From Nostoc sp. (GTDB lineage: Bacteria > Cyanobacteriota > Cyanobacteriia > Cyanobacteriales > Nostocaceae): a DNA stretch of 64,000 nucleotides. Positions 30,782 through 41,500 of this stretch are shown here, one piece after another. The number at the start of each line of letters is the position of its first letter. Position 1 is the first letter of the stretch. The translations under genes were made by a program, and so were the position numbers. Where the stretch lies: NCBI GenBank assembly GCA_036918135.1, contig JBALDB010000001.1, positions 32,001-96,000 on the forward strand, read 5' to 3'. The notes below the pieces were generated by a model, which saw only the letters and a program-made list of their open reading frames with translations, was not told the origin of the DNA and did not search any database.

Positions 30782-31213
30782 CTAAGGGAGATCTCCAGGC
30801 GCACCCAGAATTTCGTCGCCAATTTCGGTAGAGATGCGATTGAACAATTCCATGTCAGGTGCCTCATTCTGGTTTTGCGTCCCTGTTGCTTCAATTAGTT
30901 GAGCAAAGGCACTGGGTGCAGCAACGACTAACCCGCGAGCTGGTTGATCGCTGAGTGCAGCAACAACATGGGGTGTGCCCATCGGAATGAAGGCACTTTC
31001 ACCTACGCCTAGCACAACCTTATTCTTACCAACCCAGACAGTAAACTCTCCTTCCAACACATAAAGTTGTTCGGAATAGCGTGTATGGCGATGGGGTGGA
31101 GTCTGTGCACCAGGAGGAAAATAGCCCTCAATCAGGTCATATTTACCCTCAGTTGTGGTGCGATCGGCGAGGATGGTAAGGTAGTTATTAAGAAGCCAGA
31201 ATGATTTTGTCAT
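30782..31213 (-). CDS. Cupin domain protein
   Basis: PPHRH...E.LYVLEGE...IPMGTPH. Confidence 0.88.
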   Translation of the reverse strand: MTKSFWLLNNYLTILADRTTTEGKYDLIEGYFPPGAQTPPHRHTRYSEQLYVLEGEFTVWVGKNKVVLGVGESAFIPMGTPHVVAALSDQPARGLVVAAPSAFAQLIEATGTQNQNEAPDMELFNRISTEIGDEILGAPGDLP

Positions 31214-31294
31214 GGAAGTACTTCTTCTAATGAATGAATTGTATTATGAACGCTCAAGCTTGCAGATCAAATAAAGCAGGCGTTCATGCCGTTT

Positions 31295-32869
31295 CTAGAT
31301 GGACTGTGACAAATTTTGAACATTAAGCTTGTTGGGAACACTTTGTGAGGTATCCTCCGCTTTAATTAAATCTGCTGCTTTCTCAGCAATCATGATAGTG
31401 GGTGCATTTGTATTGCCTGTGGTGATTGTTGGCATGATTGATGCATCAACAACACGAAGGCTTTGAATTCCATGTACTCGTAGTTGAGGATCGACCACTG
31501 CCATTGAGTCAATGCCCATTTTGCAAGTACCAACCGGATGCCACACAGTACTGCAAGTGTCTCGAATGTAAGCTTCGAGTGCTGCATCACTCTGAACGTG
31601 GGAACCTGGGGCAATCTCCTCACCATGAAAATCATCAAAGGCACTGGTCTGAATCATTTGGCGGATTAATTTAACTCCCTCGACCAACTTTTGGACATCA
31701 GCTTGATTTTGTAAATAATTCATCCGAATGGTTGGTGGCTCTTTGGGGTCAGGCGAGCGCAAACTAACACTGCCAATATTTTGCAGACGGGTAAGAGAGA
31801 CTGCACCTGTAAATCCAAAATCAGCTGGAGTATAACCAGGTGACAAGAATTGAATCGGGCCGAAGAAGAACTGCAAATCGGGTGCGCCCTCCACATTCCC
31901 CTCGCTATGTAAAAATAATCCGGCTTCAACTCCATTACTGGTGACGGCGGGGTGTATATCTTGAGTAGTTTCTTGAACGACACAAGTGAGAATGTGATCT
32001 TGAAGGTTTTGACCGACACCCGGCAAATCTGCAACGACAGAAATTCCCATTGCTTGCAGGTGTTCGGCAGTACCAATTCCAGAAAGCATTAGTAGTTTGG
32101 GCGAATCAAACGCACCTGCACTTAAAATCACTTCCTGGTTGACTCTCACCTGGTGGAGAGTACCTTCATGCAGATATTCCACTCCCACACAGCGAGTGCC
32201 CTCAATCAGCAATCTCGTCACCAATACGCCTGTCGTTACAGTCAGATTTGGACGATGGAGAATGGGTAGAAGAAAAGCAGCCGCAGCACTGTGCCGTTTA
32301 CCATCCTTGACCGTCAATTGATAGAGTCCTACCCCTTCTTGCTGTGCACCATTAAAATCAGGATTGTAGTCGTGTCCCATTGACACACAGGCATCTACAA
32401 AGCGTTGGGAAACTACAGCAGGGGAGATCAAATCGGTAACGCTCAACTCCCCATCAACTCCGTGAAATTCTGACGCGCCTCGCTGCTGCTCCTCCGATTT
32501 TTTGAAATAGGGCAAGACCTCTTGATAACTCCAACGGGGATTTCCTAATTCCTGCCAGCGATCGTAATCTTGAGGATTGCCCCGGACATACATCATGAAA
32601 TTAATCGAACTGCTGCCCCCCAAAACTTTGCCACGGGAACAAAACATTTTGCGGTCATTCAGGTAGGGTTCCGGCTCAGAAAAGTAACCCCAATCAACTT
32701 CAGAGCCTATTAGGCTAAAGCATTGCGCCGGAATTTGAATTTCTGGTTTTGTAGCTGGGTTGCCTGCTTCGAGGAGTAACACAGTTGTGTCATAGTCTTC
32801 GGTTAGACGATTGGCAACCACACAGCCTGCTGAACCTGCACCGATTACAATGTAGTCATAATTAGTCAT
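31295..32869 (-). CDS. GMC family oxidoreductase (choline dehydrogenase-like)
   Basis: GAGSAG, RGKVLGGSSSIN, GQNLQDH, WHPVGTCKMG, GNTNAP. Confidence 0.93.
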   Translation of the reverse strand: MTNYDYIVIGAGSAGCVVANRLTEDYDTTVLLLEAGNPATKPEIQIPAQCFSLIGSEVDWGYFSEPEPYLNDRKMFCSRGKVLGGSSSINFMMYVRGNPQDYDRWQELGNPRWSYQEVLPYFKKSEEQQRGASEFHGVDGELSVTDLISPAVVSQRFVDACVSMGHDYNPDFNGAQQEGVGLYQLTVKDGKRHSAAAAFLLPILHRPNLTVTTGVLVTRLLIEGTRCVGVEYLHEGTLHQVRVNQEVILSAGAFDSPKLLMLSGIGTAEHLQAMGISVVADLPGVGQNLQDHILTCVVQETTQDIHPAVTSNGVEAGLFLHSEGNVEGAPDLQFFFGPIQFLSPGYTPADFGFTGAVSLTRLQNIGSVSLRSPDPKEPPTIRMNYLQNQADVQKLVEGVKLIRQMIQTSAFDDFHGEEIAPGSHVQSDAALEAYIRDTCSTVWHPVGTCKMGIDSMAVVDPQLRVHGIQSLRVVDASIMPTITTGNTNAPTIMIAEKAADLIKAEDTSQSVPNKLNVQNLSQSI

Positions 32870-32945
32870 AAAGTTCTCTTCCTCTGTTATCTACAATGGA
32901 TAAATGAAGTCAAGAATGAACTGATTTAAAGAGCGATCGCTGAAT

Positions 32946-33041
32946 TTAACTGTTTACCAATGGTGTATCTACCAAATGTTCTCCCAGAAACCAAACTTGC
33001 GTCTCATTGGTTCGCAGGACTTGGCTAACTAACAAATCGTT
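32946..33041 (-). pseudogene. C-terminal remnant of a Dps/ferritin-like protein
   Basis: NDLLVSQVLRTNETQVWFLGEHLVDTPLVNS*, with no 5' part. Confidence 0.65.
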
Positions 33042-33050
33042 AAATTGGGA

Positions 33051-33863
33051 TTACTTCACAGCAGTACTTGCTGCTTCAATCACTTTGGCAACCTCTTTTG
33101 GATGAGAGATAAAAGGAACATGACTGGAGTTAACTTCGGTTGTCTTAGCATTAATCCGTTTAGCCATAAATCGTTGAAGTTCAGGGTTGATGGCGCGATC
33201 GCTTTGAGTCACGAGAAACCAAGAAGGAATCGTTTTCCAGGCGATTTCGTTCAATGATTGCTCAAACGCGGCGCTGGCGATCGGCTTTTGGGTTGCTGCC
33301 ATCACTCGCGCCTCAGCCTTTGATACGTCCTGGGCAAAAAATTCCTGAAACTTTCCGCGATCGATATAGAGAAAGTTTGCAGCATCAGGTGCGATCGCTT
33401 TGCTAATTGGAGGTGCTGCATACTTTTTATTCAAATCACTCGTCTTTTCTCCGACATCTGGTGCGAAAGCATTAACATAAACTAGAGCTTTCACCTGTAG
33501 ATTGCCAGCCGCTGCACCCGTAATCACATTTCCACCATAGGAATGTCCGACCAAAACAACGGAACCTTTTTGATTGTCAATCACTCGCTTCGTCGTTACC
33601 ACATCATCAGCAAGCGAAGTCAGCGGAATCTGCACAGCGGTCACTCTGTAGCCATCCTGCTCCAACAATGGAATAACGTGTTGCCATGATGTCCCGTCAG
33701 CAAAAGCCCCATGAACGAGAACGATCGCAGGTTTAGAGTTGGACGCTTGAGGTAATTCTTTGGAGGTGGCTGATGTTGGATGCATTGATATCCCAACGAC
33801 AACACTTAATGCAAATAACCACAGCAACAATTTTTGAACTTTTTTCCATGTAAAAACCATCAT
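33051..33863 (-). CDS. Secreted alpha/beta hydrolase
   Basis: Signal peptide; VHGAFAD, GHSYGG, SSHVP. Confidence 0.88.
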   Translation of the reverse strand: MMVFTWKKVQKLLLWLFALSVVVGISMHPTSATSKELPQASNSKPAIVLVHGAFADGTSWQHVIPLLEQDGYRVTAVQIPLTSLADDVVTTKRVIDNQKGSVVLVGHSYGGNVITGAAAGNLQVKALVYVNAFAPDVGEKTSDLNKKYAAPPISKAIAPDAANFLYIDRGKFQEFFAQDVSKAEARVMAATQKPIASAAFEQSLNEIAWKTIPSWFLVTQSDRAINPELQRFMAKRINAKTTEVNSSHVPFISHPKEVAKVIEAASTAVK

Positions 33864-33978
33864 TGCGATCGCCTTTGTATTCTTGCTAAATTGCTGAATT
33901 CTTTGATTCTTGTTGTCGGTATAGAAGTTATGAAATACTCTCCGCTGAAATACTTATTTAAGATAAGCACCAAAAATC

Positions 33979-34536
33979 TTAATCCTTTGCAGCAACAACG
34001 GCTGCCATTATCTGCTCAACAGTCCAGCGATCGAGATAGCGAATTCCATTAATAAACAAAGCGGGTGCAGCCTCCACTCCACTTCGCAGTCCACCTTCGA
34101 TGTCCGCATCGATCCGATTGACATACGCTCCTTTGGATAAATCCTGCAAAAATTGAGAAATATCAAGTCCTAAACGATTGGCGTACTCTACTAGATAGCC
34201 ATTTCCCAACTCCTGTTGATGGATAAATAGCATCTCATGCATTTGCCAAAACTGCCCTTGAGCCGCTGCTGCTTCTGCGGCTTCCGCTGCCCGGTGAGCA
34301 TGTGGATGAATCTGTATCTGAGGAAAATGACGGAAGATAAAACCTAAATTGTTTTCTCCAAACGAAACCTGCAATTGCTGTTGAGCAACTTTAATCAATC
34401 GATAGACGTTGGCACTTTGAAAATATTCATAATCTCCATACATGACGAATACTACAGCAGCATTCAGTACACCTTGGATATGATCCTGGGTTGAAGGCGG
34501 AACGAATAGAGAACGATTATTATGGTCGTAAGTCAT
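33979..34536 (-). CDS. DsbA/thioredoxin-fold protein lacking cysteines
   Basis: DHIQG, YGDYEYFQS (CxxC position), FRHFP, GQFWQMH, GVEAAPALFING. Confidence 0.8.
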   Translation of the reverse strand: MTYDHNNRSLFVPPSTQDHIQGVLNAAVVFVMYGDYEYFQSANVYRLIKVAQQQLQVSFGENNLGFIFRHFPQIQIHPHAHRAAEAAEAAAAQGQFWQMHEMLFIHQQELGNGYLVEYANRLGLDISQFLQDLSKGAYVNRIDADIEGGLRSGVEAAPALFINGIRYLDRWTVEQIMAAVVAAKD

Positions 34537-34602
34537 CTTTCGGTTTGTATTAAGCAAACTTAAGCCTCACAAACCAACTGCATCAACATCGCTATGGATT
34601 AA

Positions 34603-34718
34603 ATAATAGAGAATTGACCCTCTGTTGTCGTCCACTCTGGGTTGACATTTTTGTACAATCAAGTGATGGATGAACCTGTCCATCTCGCAGTGGAAGGTTG
34701 TCTCCAACTTTAGTTTGA
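34603..34718 (-). promoter_or_regulatory. Putative island promoter: -10 TATTAT plus four phased palindromic operators
   Basis: TCCA-N7-TTGA, ACAA-N8-TGGA, TCCA-N8-TGGA and TCCA-N8-TTGA start at 34631, 34655, 34679 and 34703. Confidence 0.6.
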
Positions 34719-34959
34719 GTCTAAAACCAATTTAAAGGAGAAAAGTTCAGGAGGCAGGAGGACGTTCGCGTAGCGTGTCGAAGACAAGGCAGGAGGAACC
34801 ACCCTTAAAAGAGTGAAATGAAAAAGTCCTATTTTATACATAAACATAAAATGTTATCAGTATAATTATCTTTTTGAACCAGGCTTTAAACCCAGAGAAT
34901 ACAGTTTTCTCCTCATACCCCACAACCTCCACCCTACACCTTGTGAACTTTTCCCCTAC

Positions 34960-35598
34960 TTACAAATTGACAATCCCACGCTTAACGGCAGTAATCACGG
35001 CTTGTGTGCGATCGCTCACGCCCAGTTTGCTCAAAATGCGATTCACATGCGATTTGACAGTACTTTCACCAATACTCAAAGCAGTCCCAATTTCCTGATT
35101 ACTCATTCCTTGTGCCATCAAACGCAGCACTTCCAACTCTCGTTCGCTCAGTTCTGGATTGCTCATTCGCTGCAATAATTTTGCGCCCACTTCTGGCGGA
35201 ATGTATTTCTGACCATTATGAATGGCGCGAATTGCATTCAAAAGCTCGCCAGGTTTAGCATCCTTAAGCAGATAGCCTTGAGCGCCCGCCTGCAAGCCGC
35301 GATAGATGTCTTCATCACTATCGTAGGTCGTGAGTACCGCGATTCGAGCCTGCTTAAATTCAGCACAAATCGCCATAATGGCTTCAACACCTCCCATTTT
35401 GGGCATTCGTAAATCCATTAGTGTGACATCAGGTTGGTATTCTCGAAACGCATCGATCGCCTGCTGTCCATCTTCAGCTTGAGCGATCGCACTCATTTCT
35501 GGATCTCGGTTAATGATGGTTACTAGACCCTTTCTGACTATGGGATGGTCGTCAACAATTAGCACCCGAATCGTAGTGGATTGGCTCATCGTAATCAC
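34960..35598 (-). CDS. NarL/LuxR-family response regulator
   Basis: VDDH, LMDLRMP, LSERELEVL...TVKSHV. Confidence 0.95.
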   Translation of the reverse strand: MITMSQSTTIRVLIVDDHPIVRKGLVTIINRDPEMSAIAQAEDGQQAIDAFREYQPDVTLMDLRMPKMGGVEAIMAICAEFKQARIAVLTTYDSDEDIYRGLQAGAQGYLLKDAKPGELLNAIRAIHNGQKYIPPEVGAKLLQRMSNPELSERELEVLRLMAQGMSNQEIGTALSIGESTVKSHVNRILSKLGVSDRTQAVITAVKRGIVNL

Positions 35599-38500
35599 TC
35601 TCGATTGCTAGTGACAATAATTTCTGTTCCTTGACCTGGTTGGCTTTGAATCGCTAGTTGTGCGCTAATACGCTCTGCTCGTTCGCTCATTCCTAATAAG
35701 CCAAACCCACCGCTCAAAGGAATGCAACCCACTCCAAAGCCCCTGCCATCGTCTTTAACTCGTAAGATACACTGTGTCTCGTTGTAGACTAATTCAACCC
35801 GAATTTCGCTGGCACAAGCGTGTTTAATCGCATTGGTTAATGCTTCCTGCCCAATTCGGAGTAAGTTATTCTCCACTTCCGTTGGTAAGGAATAGGCTGT
35901 ACCCTGAGTTTCGCAAATCACAGCCGTGTCAGTTGTCGATCGCATTTGAGCCACAATACGGTGCAGGGCACTCTCTAAATTACCTTCTTCTAGTAGCCGC
36001 GGACGGAGTGCTGATACGGATCGCCGTGCCCCTGCCAGCCCAGCGCGTGCTAGTTCTTCAATCATTTCTAGATGTACTTGGGTTGCTTCCGGGTCGTCCG
36101 TCAGCACTTGTGTTGCTGCTCCAACCTGAAGCAGAATACCTGTGAAGGATTGAGCCAGTGTATCATGAATTTCCCGCGCCATCCGGTTGCGTTCTTCCAG
36201 AATGGAGGCTGCTTCAGCGAGTTTGCGATCGCTAATGTCTGCGATTAGACTGTAGAAACCTCTCACCTGAGCATTGTCATCGAAATCAGGGATTAAGGTC
36301 GCGCTGATGCACCGCTTACCAAACGGAAAAGGGATTTCTGCTTCTAGAGGTACAGTTTGCCCTTCAAACACCCGATCGATATACGGTTCAAACCGTTGGT
36401 AAACCGCCTCACCGAGAAGTTGGCGAACAGGGTTGCCCAGAATTTCATTGCGGCTACGGTTAAACCAAACCTCATAGGTACGGTTGATGAATTGATAACA
36501 CCGATTGGCATCTACATAGCCGATCAGAACTGGTAGAGCGTCGGCAATCAGTCGTAATTCCTGTTCTCGGTCGCGCAGCTCTGCTTCGCTTTGCTGTAAA
36601 GCTGCCGTTCGTTCTGCCACTTGAAGTTCCAGTGTGAGATTGTATTCGGTTAACAGTTTCTCTGCTCGTCTGCGCTCTGTAATGTCTTGAAAAGCTACGA
36701 TTGCATAAGCCACGTCACCCTGTTCGTCAAAAACTGGAGTTCCCCATGCCTCAATTGGAATAGTGATGTCGTTTCGGCGAATTTCCATGTCATCAACCGT
36801 GATGCGTTCACCGCTTAATGCACGGACAATTGGCAGTTGGTCACTTGGATATATTTCATTTGTTCCCGCTCGATAAAACTGATAAACCTCTGCAAACCGC
36901 TCTGGTGTTACGGCAGGATCGACACCTTTGCCCACTAGCTGAATTCTCCGTTGATTGGCGTAATAAGGGTGGCCCCTTGCATCTAATACTGCAATGGCTA
37001 CTGGAACTGCTTCTAGAAATTGAGCTATTCTACTTTCACTCTTTTGTAGGTTTGAGTAGAGCTTGGCATTTTCAATCGCGATCGCTGCTTGAGTAGATAA
37101 AAGATTCAGAAGTTGCGATCGCTCCGGTGTAAACACCCCAGTTGCTAATTGATTTTCTAGATACAATACACCGACAAGCTTACTTTGGTTTAATAGTGGC
37201 AAGCAAAGGATTGATTGGGTTTGGTGGCGTTGAATGTACGGTTCGCTGATAAAATTACCTTCACGAGTTGCATTATTTAAGATGACCGATTCATGAGTTC
37301 TGATCGCATACTGAATGATTGATTTGGGTAGGCGATCTGCCATTGGCATCGATCGCATTACTCGTGTAGTACAAACCTGCTCGCCCTCATTGAGTTCACA
37401 AGCAGCCTCGATTTTCCATTCGCCTGCATTTTCTAAGAGCAAGCATCCAGTTTGGGCACCCGCATTCTCAATTAAAATCTGCATCAAGGAATGGAGTAAC
37501 CGATCCAGTTCAATTTCACTCGAAATCGCTTGAGATGTCTTCATTACCGTTGCTAAATCGAAAGCAATGGATGGAGTATTCAAGGTAGTTCCAGTAGTGG
37601 TGGGAATTGGTGTGTTAGCTATACCCAATGAGTTAGGGAAAAACTGTGGATAACGAGTCTCTAAATCCTTGACCTTTGCCGTTGCTCCCCAGCGTTGATA
37701 GCAGTAGTGAGCTTCTTTCATGTAGAGTTGGGCAAACTTTTCTCGACCACGCGCCAGATAAAACTTGGCGGCTAACTCATAGGCTAATGCTTCTTCTTGG
37801 ATATATTCATTTTCCTTTGCTCCCTGAATCGCTTGCTCATAAAATTCCTCTGCCTCAAGCAACTGACCCAAAACTCGTGCAGTCTCTGCTTGTACCAAAT
37901 GGTATTTATGCAAATAATTCATCGGCGCGCGATCTGCCCATAGCCGCATTTTCTTTTGGCTAACCGCAACTTCTTTGAGAATTTCTTGCTGTACTTGAGT
38001 GTCGCTTTCAGAATACACTGCAAGTCTTGCTAATGCACTGTAGAAATAGTACAACGGAACGTGGGGTGTCGCAGCAACACGGATTAAATAATCTTCCGCT
38101 ACAATTGCATTTTCAGATGCTTGAGTGTACTCAGAAAATAAGTAGCACAGGATAAGTTTATTGAGATGCACTAGAAAGAGTATGACTCCATCCGTTTCGT
38201 GGTGTGCTGGTCTTTTTTCCTCATTGTAAGATTCCCCAACAAGACGTAATGGATCGAGCGATCGCCCCATTAAATTTAAAACAGATTGCCGAAATATTTG
38301 AATCCAGGTGAGTGATGTTCTCTGGTTAATTTGGCGGATTGCTTCAGTGTATGTCGCCATTTCGCGTTCAACTTCCAATAGTTCCTTGCCAACAAAGAAA
38401 GATTGCAGGCAGTAAGTAAAAGCGCTATAGGCAGCGAACTCTAAATCTCCAGTTTCTAAGCCACACTGATATGCCTCCAGAAATGGCTTTGATGTTTCTT

Positions 38501-41500
38501 TAATATGCTCCTGCCAATGGATGATGAAGTTAGTGACGATAAACAATGTTCTCGCTTTCAGCGAACGGATATCCAGATTGGATAATAGCTTCAATGCAAG
38601 CTGCCCAAACTCGTAGCCAGCCTCAATTCTTCCCAGCATTCCACAAAAAATTAATCCCAAGTTGGCGTATGCAAAGGGAGACACAAACGTATTGCCGTAC
38701 TGAATCGACAGGTTGACCTGCTTAAGTACGAGCAGAGGGGCTAGATCGGATGTTAAATGATAAGCAACAAGCGTTATTCTTGATAAAATTCGCATTGCTG
38801 CAAGCTTCTGGGGATCGACCATTTCTGGCAGATGAAATAGATCCTGAATCGGTTTGTGATTAAAACCAGATGTAACAGCATTGAGTTCAAGCGTTATATT
38901 TGATTGATTCGGTGTTTCGGTAAACCTGATTCCTAGTTGCTGCAACACTTGCAATGCTGTATGGATTGCCTCTAATAGCTGACCCTGTGCAATGGCAGTT
39001 TGAATTTTGACTTCGTAAACTTTCACGCGATCGAGAACTGTTTTAGCGTTCTGCAAAACAGCCTCTGCCCAATGTTCTACATTTTCAAACTCACCACACA
39101 AATATGCGACTTCTGTTGTTTCGGTATATAACTCTAAAGCCAGGTTATAATTGGTTTGCCAGCTAGATGCCAGCCATGCTTTACCCATCGCCAAATAGTT
39201 TTGTGCCGTACCATAAGCGATCGCTCCTTTGGCTTTCTGCCCTGCCATCAAATTCAATCTGGCAATTTCATCTCGTTCTGCTTGATTAGTAATTAGTTCA
39301 ATTCCATGATTGAGATGATCCACAATTTCAAACAATCGATCTGATAGACCTGCCAACGCTTCTTTAAGCAAATTGCGACCAATTTGAAGATGAACTATTT
39401 GTCTATTTGACTCATCAATTAGATCGTAAGCTGCTTGCTGAACGCGATCGTGCGAAAACTTGTAATTCTGAATCAGCAGATTCTCATCTAACTCTGAGGT
39501 TGCAAGAAGCAACTCTGACTGAATTACGGTTGTAAGTTCTGCAAAAATTTCAACTGCTGGTCGTTCACAGATGACTGAGAGTGTCCCTAAATCAAACTCA
39601 GCACCAACACAAGCAGCTAAGGATAAAACCTGTTGAGTTTGCTTTGGAAATTGTTTCAGCTTTCCGATGATTAACTCCACTACATTGTCAGTAATATTTT
39701 TGGCTTTAATATGAGTAATGTCCCATTGCCAGCGTTGTTGATTAATGTCGAAGACAATGAGACCTTCAATGTACAGCGCTTTGAGAAATTGATTAGTGAA
39801 GTAGGGATTGCCGTTCGCTTTCCGCCATATCAGTTCTGCTAAAGGTGCAATCGACTCAGTATGTGCGTGCAAGGTTTCAGCAATCAGTTGAGCCACCGCC
39901 CCTAGTCCGAGCGGAGCTAACATTATCTGACTAATAGTAACAGTTTCCTGTTTTAACTTCTCTAAGGTTGCAATCAGCGAATGTGTTTGAGTGACTTCGC
40001 GATCCCGATAAGCTCCAATTAAAAGCAGGGCTTGTATCTTACGATCGCTCAAAATTAACTCCATAAGCTTAAGCGTAGCAGAGTCTACCCATTGCAAATC
40101 ATCCAGAAAGATAACCAGAGGATGCTCAGGAGAACAGCAAGCTCGAATGAACTTCAAAAAGACAAGGTTAAACCGATTTTGTGCTTCAGTTGCTCCAACT
40201 TCTGCTACGGGTGGTTGCTTGCCAATAATCAGTTCTACTTCGGGAATCACATCAACGAGCAGTTGTCCGTTGCTACCTAATGCGGTGAGAAATTGCGATC
40301 GCCATTGTTGCACTTGCTCATCAGGTTCGCCCAACAACTGCTGCACCAGTTTTCGTAGTGCATCCACAATCGCGCTGTAGGGAACATTGCGCCCAAATTG
40401 GTCAAACTTACCCGACGTGAAATAACCGCGCTTTGCTGTGATCGGTTTGTAGAGTTCCTGTACTAAAGCTGATTTGCCAATGCCAGCATAACCAGACACT
40501 AACATCATCTCAATATGGCATTGAACATTTTTCTGATTTCCTTTTCCTGCGACTCTCTCAAATGCTGCTAATAATGCTGCAATTTCTGCTTCTCGTCCAT
40601 ACAACTTCTGGGGAATGTGAAAGCGATCGCAAACATCTTGTAGACCCAGTTGGATATTGCCAATTTGCCCTGTTTCTGTAAGTTGGGCTGCACAACGTTC
40701 TAAATCTGCTTTAATACCCCAAGCACTTTGATAGCGATCTTCTGCATTTTTCGCCATCAATTTCATCACAATGTCTGAAACATCTTTAAGAATTGCACTG
40801 TTAATCGGTGATGAATCATCCACCACACCCCTAATTTCACAGGGAGGAATCGGCTGTTTAGCAATATGACAATGCACTAGTTCCAGGATATCCGTTGTTG
40901 CGAACGGCAGCTGCCCAGTAAGTAATTGGTAAAACGTTACACCGAGCGAATAGAAATCGGTACGGTAATCGAGCAAACGGTTCATTCGTCCTGTCTGCTC
41001 TGGCGATAGGTAGGCAAGGGTTCCTTCTAATACATGAGGGCTTGTGAAGGTTGGATTGCTGCGGTTAAATTGAGTAGCAATCCCAAAGTCGATAATCTTG
41101 ACCACGCCTGTATTAGGATTGAGAACGATATTGCCGGGATTAATGTCCTTATGAATAATATTCGCGGCATGAATCTCACCTAGAATTTGTGTGAGCTTGA
41201 CGGCAAGCAAAAGAAAAGTGGATACAGGCATCGGGCAGAAATTCTCTCGGTGCTGCCGCATCCAGTAATCCAAGGACTCTGCACCAAAATCCTCAAGGAG
41301 GATGACCAGCGTACGTTGGTAGTCCTCCTGGCTGTACGCCTTGATTACACCTTCTGTGTTCAAAGAGCTGGTAATGGCATACTCCTGTCTATAGCGCTTG
41401 ATTTCTTGAGGTGAGGGATAATCTTGCTTGAGCATTTTGACGATGATTGCCTGACCATTTTGCACTCGGATGCCTCTATACACTAGAGAGGCTGAACTCT

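Noticed and set aside
34631..34718. 24-bp periodic motif as a mini-CRISPR or iteron array
   Set aside because: Only 4-bp half-sites are conserved, and they are palindromic; better explained as operators.
34740..34953. MITE bounded by GAAAAGTTCA / TGAACTTTTC
   Set aside because: Only a 10-bp inverted match, no clear target duplication and no second copy.
40803..40835. Possible 30-nt repeat insertion in the kinase (IRGVVDDSSP)
   Set aside because: No second copy in the window; cannot be separated from ordinary loop variation without orthologs.
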